Source: an uncultured Deferribacteres bacterium
GTDB taxonomy: Bacteria; Zhuqueibacterota; Zhuqueibacteria; Zhuqueibacterales; Geothermadaptataceae
Reading direction: 5' to 3'
DNA: 35,687 bases
Assembly: GCA_964014485.1 (NCBI GenBank)
Contig: CAXHAT010000073.1
Coordinates: 1 to 35,687 of the forward strand
How positions within the stretch are numbered: the first letter of the stretch is position 1; each line of letters opens with the position of its first letter. The notes below the pieces were generated by a model. The model searched no databases. It was not told the DNA's origin and saw only the letters and a program-made list of their open reading frames with translations. Below, in pieces: positions 19,545 through 28,335 of this stretch. A program made the translations under genes and the position numbers.

Positions 19545-19605
19545 AAATCTCTCAATTTGGCTTAGTTCAAAACGCATTGACTTCGGCGGCGCGGCAAATT
19601 TTATT

Positions 19606-19804
19606 AACTGATGTTACGCGCGGCAACGCATAACCTAAATCTTGGAGCAAACACCGTCTCATTAGCGCCGGGCTTCAGCCCGGCGGAAGATATGGGACAG
19701 CCGTCTTCAAAAATCTCCGCTCTGAAGAGCGGAGCTAATGAGAATCAAAAGTTGGTCTCAGATTCTGATCGAGCGTGCTAAACGACGCGTGCGTAACATC
19801 AGTT
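19606..19804. repeat. Nested palindromic element: REP-like doublet inside a 14-bp terminal inverted repeat (MITE-like)
   Basis: aactgatgttacgc (19606-19619) / gcgtaacatcagtt (19791-19804). Inner tctcattagc (19657-19666) / gctaatgaga (19734-19743), each followed by a TTCA-loop hairpin. Confidence 0.75.
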
Positions 19805-19872
19805 GTTAAAACCAGCAATCTGAGAATAAGAAATAAAAGAACACGCAAAAACTAAAATCGGCGATCGGCGTG

Positions 19873-20733
19873 ATGCACTCAAGACGACAATTCATCCAGC
19901 TAACCGGTTCCGGTGTGGCGGCAGGCGCACTCGGCGCATCATTGGGGTGCAAAACAACTGATTCCGCAACGGCCCATGAATCCTGGCGCAGTTGGCCGAT
20001 AAAACTTGGTGTTGCGAGCTATTCCCTGCGTCAACTCAGCCGTGCGGACGCAATAGCGGCAATCCAGACGCTGGGCATCTCATACGTGAATATCAAATCC
20101 TTCCACCTGCCTTATGAAAGCTCAGATGAGGAGATCGCCGAAGGGGTGGCGGCGTTCGAAAATGCGGGACTAAAAATTGTCGGCGGGGGCAACAATAATA
20201 TCGTGGAAGACGATGACGCACACGTACGCATGTTTTTTGAGTACGCGAAGAAATGCAAAATGCCTTTGCTCGTGATTGCGCCGACGCATGACAATTTGAA
20301 ACGAATCGAAAAGTTTGTTGTGGAATATGACATTCGCGTCGCCATCCACAACCACGGCCCGGAAGACAAGTTCTATCCTGCCCCAAAGGATGCGCTTGAA
20401 CGCATCAAAGACCTTGATCCGCGCGTTGGGCTTTGCATCGACGTCGGACATACGGCGCGAACTGGCGTGGACGTCGTCGAGGCTATCGCGGAAGCAGGAG
20501 ATCGCCTGCTGGATTTGCACATGAAAGATTTGGGTGATTTGATGGTCAAATCGAGCCAGTGCATTGTCGGAGAAGGAGAAATGCCGGTCGCGGGGATTTT
20601 TGAGCAGCTCAAAAAAATGCAATACAACGGCTTTGTGAATCTTGAGTACGAAATTGACCCGGAAAACCCATTGCCTGGAATGCAGCGATCTTTCGCTTTC
20701 ATGCGCGGCGTTCTATCGGGATTGGAAATCTAA
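19873..20733 (+). CDS. Tat-exported sugar phosphate isomerase/epimerase (xylose isomerase-like TIM barrel)
   Basis: SRRQFI twin-arginine signal with possible lipobox LGC. Motifs LGVASYSLR, AIHNHG, CIDVGH, LHMKD and NLEYE. Confidence 0.88.
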   Translation: MHSRRQFIQLTGSGVAAGALGASLGCKTTDSATAHESWRSWPIKLGVASYSLRQLSRADAIAAIQTLGISYVNIKSFHLPYESSDEEIAEGVAAFENAGLKIVGGGNNNIVEDDDAHVRMFFEYAKKCKMPLLVIAPTHDNLKRIEKFVVEYDIRVAIHNHGPEDKFYPAPKDALERIKDLDPRVGLCIDVGHTARTGVDVVEAIAEAGDRLLDLHMKDLGDLMVKSSQCIVGEGEMPVAGIFEQLKKMQYNGFVNLEYEIDPENPLPGMQRSFAFMRGVLSGLEI

Positions 20734-20759
20734 CTATTCTTTGAAAAGAAGTTCTTGAA

Positions 20760-22127
20760 ATGCAAAACACACGACGTTTGATTCTTGGCTTGTCGTTTAT
20801 TCTTATTTTTCAACAGTCTTTAGCGCAATCGCCAACGATCGTTAAGCGCGATCCGGGAATTTCAGCAATGGTGAACGAAGTTTCGGCGGAAAACATCGAA
20901 AAGATTATTCGACAACTCGCCAGTTTTGGCACTAGGCATACGCTCAGCAATGCGACGAGCGATTCAACCGGTATTGGCGCCGCTCGACGTTGGATTAAGG
21001 CGGAAATGGAGCGATACTCGGCAGAATCCGGCGGGCGGCTGCAGGTCGCGTTCGATACGTTTGTGGTTGAGCCGAACGGTGGGAGAATATCACGTGCGGT
21101 CACTTTGAAAAACGTTCTTGCAACGCTGCCGGGAACGGATGAAAACGATTCCCGCGTGTATATTGTGAGCGGGCATTACGACTCGCGCGTTAGCGGATCA
21201 ATGGATTCCACCAGCTTCGCACCCGGAGCCAACGATGATGCTTCAGGGACGGCGGTCGCGATGGAATTGGCGCGCGTCATGTCCAAAAATGAATATGCCG
21301 CCACGATCATTTTTGCCGCTGTCTCGGGAGAAGAGCAAGGTCTTTTTGGAGCCGCAAATATCGCGAAACGTGCGAAAGCCGAAGCCTGGAATATTGACGC
21401 CATGATCACAAACGACATCGTTGGCAATTCCTGGTCGAGCGGGACGGATTTAAAAGACAACTTGCGCTTACGCGTATTCAGCGAAGGCGTACCAGCGGCG
21501 GAAACTGAGGCGCAAGCCAGGCTCCGGCAATCCGCCGGCGGTGAAAATGACAGCCCGGCGCGTCAGCTTGCGCGCTATATCAAGGAAATCGGCGAGCGTT
21601 ACGTCGATCAGCTCAATGTGACGTTGATATATCGCAGGGATCGTTTTCTGCGCGGCGGCGATCACACGCCGTTCAGCCGCGAAGGATTTACCGCCGTCCG
21701 GCTGACTGAAATGAACGAAAACTATGCGCGTCAACATCAAGACGTTCGAGAAGAGGAAGGCGTGCAGTACGGCGACTTGCCGGAATTTGTGGATTATAAT
21801 TATGTAGCCAAAGTGGCGCGCACAAATATGGCCGTGCTTGCAAATCTTGCCAGCGCTCCCGCTTCTCCGGATTCCGTCGGCGTTATGATCACTCGCTTGA
21901 CCAACGACACAACATTGCGCTGGGCGCAGCCAAAAGGCAAAGCTCCGGCGGGCTATTACGTCTTGATGCGCGAAACGCACGTTCCATTTTGGCAAAGAAA
22001 ATTTTATACCGAAAAGACTGAAATCACGCTTCCCTATTCCAAAGACAATTACTTTTTCGCGGTTCAATCGGTGGACGCCGACGGCCACGAAAGCTTACCA
22101 ATATTTCCGCGCCCCCGACGACGTTGA
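20760..22127 (+). CDS. Secreted M28 family metallopeptidase with C-terminal FN3-like domain
   Basis: Signal peptide ..SLA|Q. Motifs SGHYDSR, GANDDASG, GEEQG, NDIVG and GGDH. Tail TLRWAQP..GYYV..YFFAVQSVD. Confidence 0.9.
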   Translation: MQNTRRLILGLSFILIFQQSLAQSPTIVKRDPGISAMVNEVSAENIEKIIRQLASFGTRHTLSNATSDSTGIGAARRWIKAEMERYSAESGGRLQVAFDTFVVEPNGGRISRAVTLKNVLATLPGTDENDSRVYIVSGHYDSRVSGSMDSTSFAPGANDDASGTAVAMELARVMSKNEYAATIIFAAVSGEEQGLFGAANIAKRAKAEAWNIDAMITNDIVGNSWSSGTDLKDNLRLRVFSEGVPAAETEAQARLRQSAGGENDSPARQLARYIKEIGERYVDQLNVTLIYRRDRFLRGGDHTPFSREGFTAVRLTEMNENYARQHQDVREEEGVQYGDLPEFVDYNYVAKVARTNMAVLANLASAPASPDSVGVMITRLTNDTTLRWAQPKGKAPAGYYVLMRETHVPFWQRKFYTEKTEITLPYSKDNYFFAVQSVDADGHESLPIFPRPRRR

Positions 22128-22253
22128 AGTGAAGAAAAGCCTGCTGACCTTTTGCCTGGAGCGTGACGATTGAACGGGAACGGAATGAAATCGCTGGTTT
22201 TTCGAACAGACAAACGAACGCTTTGATATGTGGCTTTTTCTGGATTTCTTGGG

Positions 22254-23363
22254 ATGAAGTTTTGCGTCATCGTTTCCGCGACGCTTCTTTTGAACTGGGG
22301 GTGCGAGCATCCGCTTGGAAAATTCACCGGTGACGGACAATCCTATCAAGTCACCTACAATCCTTACCAAAACGTCGTCTGGGGGGAATGGCATGCGTGC
22401 TTGTCTCAGCACCACGATCACACCAACGGCGACGAACAACGCATTCGCGACTATGATCAGGCCGGCTACAACGCTGTCGTTGCAATGGGCTACGGCGGGG
22501 TAAAGTCGCTCAATCATACCAGTCGGGAGCGTATCTGGCCGGCTTACCGATTCCTGCACGGCTACGAAAACGACGAAGCGTTTTTAGAAACGACCCGGCA
22601 TTTGAAGTTTTTTATCCCCGGGATGGAAGAGGTCGGTTTTCACCACATGACATCGGCGTTTTTGAACCGATACATCGAAAAATATGAACGTGTCTACGGC
22701 GGAACTCAACACCCGTGGGCATACAATTCGACGCAAGAATGTTTGGATTTAATCGCAAATTTTGGCGGCGAACCGATTATTGCGCATCCTGAAAAACCTC
22801 TGGAGTTTTACCTCAAGCTGGACGACGTTCAGCATATTGAAATCTACAACGCTTATTTTCGCTACCATCATGAAATTGGCCGGCGGCAGAAAGATATGAA
22901 CGTGCATTTCGTGCAAATCTGGGATCAACTGCTCGCCCGCCGCTCGACAAAAATTTGGGGATACGCCGTAAACGATTGGCACGGGCCTTTTCGAAAGGAA
23001 ATCAAATTGCGGCGCCCAAGAGCTTATGACAGTGGAAAAACACTCGTTTTTATTCCAGACTGGGATTTGTCAAACTATCGCGCATCACTCGAACAAGGAG
23101 CGTTTCTATCGATCGTTGATCTCGGTCCAGTAAAAGGCAAATACCCGAAAGTTTCAGGCGTCACCGTTTCGCGTGAGAGAATAGAAATTGAAACTGACGG
23201 GAGTGAGGTCAGGTGGATTTTTTGCGGAGAGGAGATACGCAGTGGGAAAACTCTTGATTTGGCGAGCCTGCCGGGCGGGCTCAACTACATTCGGGCTGAA
23301 GTGACCAATGTTTACGGCAAAGTCTATCTTCAGCCCTTCACGCTCCAGAATTCTAAGCGCTGA
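22254..23363 (+). CDS. PHP-fold metallohydrolase-like protein, putative lipoprotein
   Basis: Hydrophobic leader ending LNWGC. PHP-like motifs HHDHT, GMEE..HH, IIAHP, IEIYN and WGYAVNDWH. Alternative GTG start at 22230. Confidence 0.65.
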   Translation: MKFCVIVSATLLLNWGCEHPLGKFTGDGQSYQVTYNPYQNVVWGEWHACLSQHHDHTNGDEQRIRDYDQAGYNAVVAMGYGGVKSLNHTSRERIWPAYRFLHGYENDEAFLETTRHLKFFIPGMEEVGFHHMTSAFLNRYIEKYERVYGGTQHPWAYNSTQECLDLIANFGGEPIIAHPEKPLEFYLKLDDVQHIEIYNAYFRYHHEIGRRQKDMNVHFVQIWDQLLARRSTKIWGYAVNDWHGPFRKEIKLRRPRAYDSGKTLVFIPDWDLSNYRASLEQGAFLSIVDLGPVKGKYPKVSGVTVSRERIEIETDGSEVRWIFCGEEIRSGKTLDLASLPGGLNYIRAEVTNVYGKVYLQPFTLQNSKR

Positions 23364-23364
23364 G

Positions 23365-24522
23365 TTAACGCAAAAGGAGCATCTTTTTTGTTGAACGCAA
23401 ACCCGACGAATGGCGTAACTTGTAAAAATACACTCCGCTGGAAAGCGAACGCCCGGCGTCATCGCGAGCATTGAACCTGAGACGGTATTCCCCGGCGTTC
23501 AGGTTGGCGTTGACGAGCGTTCTTACCTTTTGGCCAATAATCGTGAAAACCTCGAGCGTCGTTTGCCCCGGAGAGTCCAGCGCGAAACTAATTTCGGTTT
23601 CAGGGTTGAACGGGTTTGGGTAATTCTGCGCCAAATGAAATTTTTGAGGTGAAACAACATCTTCCGCAACCGAAGTCGTCGGATCAAATCCCTCCATCGT
23701 GACGTCATCGATTCTCACAATATCTCCGGTTTCTCCAGCGCCGGGCGGCAAGCCTAACAAGCCAAATGCGGTCCATTGCCCGCCGACGCGCGGCTCGGCG
23801 TCGGAACCTTCCAACAGCCAGCCTTCCGGTTCTTCGGATTTTTCGCCGCTCCAAACTTTGAGTTTCATGTCGCCTTCATACAAATAACATTTCGCCCAAT
23901 ACCAAGTGCTGTCTTCAAAAGCAAACGACTCTTTGCCAAAGTATGACCAGGTCGCCGGGGCAATGGCTTGCAGCGGGGCGTCGTAACGTGCAACCGCGAT
24001 TGTATCTTGCAGCGCGTCAAATGAAAAGGTGTAGGCGGGAGAGTTTTGCATGTCGCCAACGGTGAAGGCGACGGTATCGACTTTTGGAGATTGCAAGATT
24101 CGGGTGGCGAGCACGAAAAGAGTGACTTTCTCCGGCGTGATCTTTTCCAGGTTGAAACGAAAGGTCATCACCTGATTTGGGCTGCTGTAGTCGTTTTTCA
24201 GCAGTGCGGCTTCCGTGCCGGACGTGTCTGACGTATCGAAAGTCGGCGTGCCGTTGGTCAGCGCGATGCCTGCGCCAACGACAAACTGGAATATGCCGGA
24301 TTGCAGGTAAAGATTGTCGTCTCTTTGGCCCACCGTAGCGCCTACCAGTCCCTGTGAGTCAAAAAAACGGGCCCAACCGAGATTGGAGAAAGCGGAAGGG
24401 TCTTCGGCGGTGTCATTGAAATCGTCCTGCCAGAGAACCCCGGTCGGTTGCTTTTCCTGGGCGTTTAAGAAAGTGAACAAACCGAAGGAAATTGTAGTCA
24501 GCAATAGCAAGTTTTTGCGCAT
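23365..24522 (-). CDS. Secreted protein with predicted concanavalin A-like beta-sandwich and T9SS/FlgD-like C-terminal domain
   Basis: Signal peptide ..FLNA|Q. LWQDDFND start and VRIDDVTM end are typical of jelly-roll domains. C-terminus QNYPNPFNPET...SSGVYFYKL...KKMLLLR. Confidence 0.8.
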   Translation of the reverse strand: MRKNLLLLTTISFGLFTFLNAQEKQPTGVLWQDDFNDTAEDPSAFSNLGWARFFDSQGLVGATVGQRDDNLYLQSGIFQFVVGAGIALTNGTPTFDTSDTSGTEAALLKNDYSSPNQVMTFRFNLEKITPEKVTLFVLATRILQSPKVDTVAFTVGDMQNSPAYTFSFDALQDTIAVARYDAPLQAIAPATWSYFGKESFAFEDSTWYWAKCYLYEGDMKLKVWSGEKSEEPEGWLLEGSDAEPRVGGQWTAFGLLGLPPGAGETGDIVRIDDVTMEGFDPTTSVAEDVVSPQKFHLAQNYPNPFNPETEISFALDSPGQTTLEVFTIIGQKVRTLVNANLNAGEYRLRFNARDDAGRSLSSGVYFYKLRHSSGLRSTKKMLLLR

Positions 24523-24666
24523 GTAAGCCTCGGAGATAAGCATGTGATTGCAAAATAGCGAAACATAAATATCTTGATGATGCGCTAAAATCGCAAGTGA
24601 AAAAGTTATCCCGGCTTAACAAACGGTTGTTTCAAAATGACCAAATGTTAAATTTGAGCTTTCGCA

Positions 24667-24850
24667 TGACACTTTTTGTCAACTGCATTTCGAGCTGTTG
24701 AAAGGCCCCGTTTTGTCACTCTGAAGGAATCTTTGTCATCGCCCGGTACAGATCATGCTCAAAAGTTCAAGGGTTGGATCAAAAAGATGCTTCCACCAGG
24801 ACAATTCCGGCCTCTTTCGCCAGTTTTAGAAGCCTATACAAAAAGTGTCA
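24667..24850. repeat. MITE-like palindromic element in a divergent intergenic region
   Basis: Perfect 13-bp inverted repeat tgacactttttgt (24667-24679) / acaaaaagtgtca (24838-24850). Inner imperfect arms ctgttgaaaggcc/ggcctctttcgccag and tgtc..gaaggaatct/agatgcttc..gaca. Confidence 0.6.
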
Positions 24851-24911
24851 GGCCGCGAAAATTTGGATCGCTTGAATACGAAAAGTCCAGAGAAATACCG
24901 GATAAGGTCAA

Positions 24912-27311
24912 ATGACAATCAGATTCTTTTTTAAAACGCTCTTAACTTTGTTTTTAGTCATCCCCGTATGCTTCTTACAAGCTCAGCACAACGGCGCTTC
25001 AAGCTATGCCGTTGTGAAAGGGAAGGTTGTAGCTCGTGCAACCGGCAAGCCTCTGCCGTTCGTCAATGTCTTTGTCAAATCCTTACAACTCGGCGGCGTT
25101 TCGAATCGTGACGGCTTGTTTCTGATCGAAAAACTTCCGCCCGGCGTCTATGACGTTGTGTTTCAGCGACAAGGCTACGAGACCATCACGCGCACAAAGG
25201 TGAAAGTGCAAGGCGGCGGTTCAATCATCCTGGACGCAGAGATGGCCGAGACAATTCTGGAAGGCGACGACGTGGTGGTGACGGCGACGCGCAGCGCAGA
25301 ATTTGAGGCGGATGTGCCGCAGCTCGTCTCAATCGTGACTTCGAAAGAAATTCGTGACAAGAATATCTCACAAACGCCGGAACTTTTGAAGGAAGAAGAA
25401 GGCGTCTACATCCAAAAAACCAACAACGGCGGCGGCTCTCCGGTCATCCGGGGTTTAAAAGCCAATAAATTGCTTTTGCTGATTGACGGTATTCGCTTGA
25501 ATAATGCGACCTATCGCGGCGGGAATCTACAATACTTGAACACAATTAATGCCCAGTCGCTGGACAAAATCGAAGTCGTTCACGGCCCGGTTTCCGCACT
25601 TTACGGCAGCGACGCGCTCGGGGGCGCGGTCAACGTTATCACCAAAAATCCAATCATGCCTTACGCCGAAAACATGCAATGGAATGCCGGCGTCACAACG
25701 CTTGCTTCAACGGCGGACGGCAGACGCAGCGCAGCAGGGTCGCTTTCCTTTGGGAACAAAAAATTCGGATTGCTGCTGGACGGCGCCTACAAATCCTACG
25801 GCGACGTTCGACGAGGAACTTCCGGCGGGGAGACTTTGATGCAGCGACTTTTGAACGATTCCAGACGCGACCGCATCGCCCCGGAAAAACAGGGGCCGAA
25901 CGCTTTCGACGCCTATGATTTTACTTCAAAACTTGTTTATAAATCATCGCCCGTTGATGAGTTTACCGTGCTTTTCCAGCTTAATCGCCAACCTTCCGTG
26001 CCGCGCTACGACGTTTTCGAAACGCAAAGATTTGAGCAGTGGAGTTATGAGCCGCAAGAGCGTGATTTTGGCTACGTCAGTTATAAAAATTCTCACAAAA
26101 ACGCGCTTTTCAATTACATGACCGCAAATGTTTCCTACCAGCGTCAATCCGAGCGTCGTTTAAAGCGCAGGCCGGGAAGAGAGACCAGGACGAGTGAAGC
26201 TTTTGAAACAACAACGCTTGGCGGACAGGTTCAATTCAATCGCCTGATCAAGGATCATTTCATTGCCTACGGCTTTGAATTTTATCGTGACGGAGTGGAT
26301 GCGGAATCATTTGAAATAAACATTGCTGACAACGCATCTACGCCGATCACAACGCTTTATCCTGACAATTCGCGCTACTTGAGTTTTGGCGCTTTTACGG
26401 AAGCGGAGTTCACGCTTAACTCACGCTGGATCGTTGATCTTGGCTTGCGGTATAGCGCGTTCGATTTGTCCGCGCCTTTTGCCGCCGGAACGACAGGCGG
26501 TTTTGATATTGGCACGGTCGAACAGTCGCCCAGTGCGGTGACGGCGAGTATTGCCACCCGATTTCGGATTTCAGACGGAATCAATTTTGTCGGCAACATC
26601 GCGCAAGGATTTCGCGCCCCAAATCTGGATGACGTGAGCAAATTGGGAGAAGGCAGCGGCGGCAGTTTTTACGATGTGCCCAACGCCGCCGCCGGACCGG
26701 AGAAACTATTGAGCTTCGACGGCGGCGTCAAAATCAAACGCGGCGGCTTGCGCGGCAATTTCATCGGCTTCTACAGCGATGTTTCCGATGTCCTGGTGCG
26801 GCGGCAGACAACGTTCGGCGGCCTGCCCTTTCTGGTGGTTGAAAGCGACACTTTCGCCGTTTTTCACAAAGAAAACGCTGGAACGGCCTATGTCACCGGC
26901 CTTGAAATGAGCCTCAAATACTTGCTCAATCGCAATTTGTCCGTTTTGGGCAATTTAAGCTATACCTACGGCCAAAACACGACAGACGAAACGCCTTTGA
27001 ACGCCATGCCGCCGGTGAACGGTTTGCTGAGTTTACGCTATGAAAAATCAAACTATTGGCTGGAAGGCTTTACCCGCTTCACGCGCGAACAGGATCGTCT
27101 TGCGCCGGACGACATGGAAGATTTGCGCATCCCCGAAGGCGGCACGCCCGGCTGGTACACGCTCAACCTGCGCGGCGGCGCACCCCTGACCGAAAACTTG
27201 ACTCTGCGCCTCTCCGCGACCAACCTTTTAAATCGCAATTATCGCGAACACCTCAGCGGCTTCAACGCACCGGGACGGAATTTTATTTTGAGCGTCGATG
27301 CGAGATTTTGA
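24912..27311 (+). CDS. TonB-dependent receptor with N-terminal carboxypeptidase-regulatory-like domain
   Basis: Signal peptide, VKGKVV..TGKPLPFVNV, VVVTATR, plug motifs IRGL..LIDGIRL and IEVVHGPVSALYGSDALGGAVN, GFRAPNL, NLLNRNY..PGRN and terminal F. Confidence 0.95.
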   Translation: MTIRFFFKTLLTLFLVIPVCFLQAQHNGASSYAVVKGKVVARATGKPLPFVNVFVKSLQLGGVSNRDGLFLIEKLPPGVYDVVFQRQGYETITRTKVKVQGGGSIILDAEMAETILEGDDVVVTATRSAEFEADVPQLVSIVTSKEIRDKNISQTPELLKEEEGVYIQKTNNGGGSPVIRGLKANKLLLLIDGIRLNNATYRGGNLQYLNTINAQSLDKIEVVHGPVSALYGSDALGGAVNVITKNPIMPYAENMQWNAGVTTLASTADGRRSAAGSLSFGNKKFGLLLDGAYKSYGDVRRGTSGGETLMQRLLNDSRRDRIAPEKQGPNAFDAYDFTSKLVYKSSPVDEFTVLFQLNRQPSVPRYDVFETQRFEQWSYEPQERDFGYVSYKNSHKNALFNYMTANVSYQRQSERRLKRRPGRETRTSEAFETTTLGGQVQFNRLIKDHFIAYGFEFYRDGVDAESFEINIADNASTPITTLYPDNSRYLSFGAFTEAEFTLNSRWIVDLGLRYSAFDLSAPFAAGTTGGFDIGTVEQSPSAVTASIATRFRISDGINFVGNIAQGFRAPNLDDVSKLGEGSGGSFYDVPNAAAGPEKLLSFDGGVKIKRGGLRGNFIGFYSDVSDVLVRRQTTFGGLPFLVVESDTFAVFHKENAGTAYVTGLEMSLKYLLNRNLSVLGNLSYTYGQNTTDETPLNAMPPVNGLLSLRYEKSNYWLEGFTRFTREQDRLAPDDMEDLRIPEGGTPGWYTLNLRGGAPLTENLTLRLSATNLLNRNYREHLSGFNAPGRNFILSVDARF

Positions 27312-27536
27312 TAATAAATGCCTATTCGTTGAAAATCTTGTTTTGGATTTTCCTAGCGTTGTGTGTAATATTTTATGCGGCGTTTGCTCCGGCGAATCGC
27401 CGTAAAATTTAAGATACATACTCTTTTGGGGCTGTTGCCGAACCTGAACGAATCCGGCCTTGGGCGGCCGAATTTCAGACTCGCCTGCTTTTTCAATGCT
27501 CAGACAGCTCGGGGAGCAATTCATGATAAATCATAA

Positions 27537-28310
27537 GGCATTGTTATTCAAATATAGTTTTGTTTTTGACTATTCCCTTGCGTTTCATATCTTCTCCGGA
27601 ACTCAAAAGGAGAAGTTGTGATGAATTGTCCAAAATGCAAGAGTAGTGACCACCGAAAAGACGGGGTAGTCAAAGGCAAACAACGCCACAAGTGCAAGGG
27701 GTGTAATTACCGTTTTACAGTGATGCAGAAATCCACAGCCAAACCGGAGTCGATGAAAAGACAGGCTCTTCAGCTCTATCTTGAAGGACTTGGCTTTAGA
27801 TCGATTGGAAGATTTTTGGGCGTCAGTCACGTTTCCGTTTATAAATGGATCAAGGGATTTGGCCAGCAAATTGAGGCGTTGAAAAGTGAGCAGCGGATTG
27901 AAATCGTTGAAATGGATGAAATGCATACTTATATCTCGCATAAAAAAACTATTGCTGGATATGGATTGCTGTTGATAGAAATGGCAAAAGGTTCATCAAC
28001 TGCATATTGGGCAACAGGGGAACTGAAACCGGGCAACAACTCTGGAATTCTCTGAAACAAAAAGAAATAGAAATTACCGCGACCGATTATTGGAAACCAT
28101 ATGAGAATTTTATTCCAAAGGAAATCCATGTTCAATCAAAAAAGGAAACCTTTACAGTAGAAGGATATAACAGCATTCTACGACACTTCCTGGCTCGACT
28201 TCGACGCAAAACAAAGTGCTATTCAAAATGCAAGGATATGCTCAAGTACTCGCTTCTTCTGCTGATGGCAAAGCGAAACGGCGATCTGGCTATACTTTAA
28301 TAACAATACC
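27537..28310 (+). mobile_element. IS1-family insertion sequence (774 bp), complete
   Basis: Terminal IRs ggcattgttattcaaatatag / ctatactttaataacaatacc (18/21 match) and 8-bp direct repeat aatcataa at 27529-27536 and 28311-28318. AT-rich relative to flanks. Confidence 0.95.
27621..28300 (+). CDS. IS1 transposase InsAB, made by programmed -1 frameshift at A7C (27942-27949)
   Basis: InsA zinc ribbon CPKC...CKGC plus HTH. The -1 frame gives ..HKK|NYCWIWIAVDR.. and continues into the 28007..28300 ORF. DDE candidates in MDEM, TDYW and VEGYNS. Confidence 0.9.
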
Positions 28311-28335
28311 AATCATAAGAAAGGAGACTGAAGTT

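Noticed and set aside
24626..24653. Possible dif site (atgttaaat)
   Set aside because: Only part of the XerD arm matches. The XerC arm and spacer do not.
24676..24915. 79-aa ORF upstream of the TBDR
   Set aside because: Mostly overlaps a palindromic element, starts at TTG without an RBS and shows no similarity I recognise.
27523..27534. Fur box-like palindrome atgataaatcat
   Set aside because: Spacing differs from the Fur consensus, the flanks do not match, and it lies downstream of the TBDR.
27618..28300. Split transposase as a pseudogene
   Set aside because: The split is at the canonical IS1 A6C-type slippery site, and the -1 product is continuous.
28216..28335. N-terminal extension of the SBBP ORF given by the ORF track
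   Set aside because: Mostly inside the IS1 element. The real start is ATG 28336 with RBS and signal peptide.
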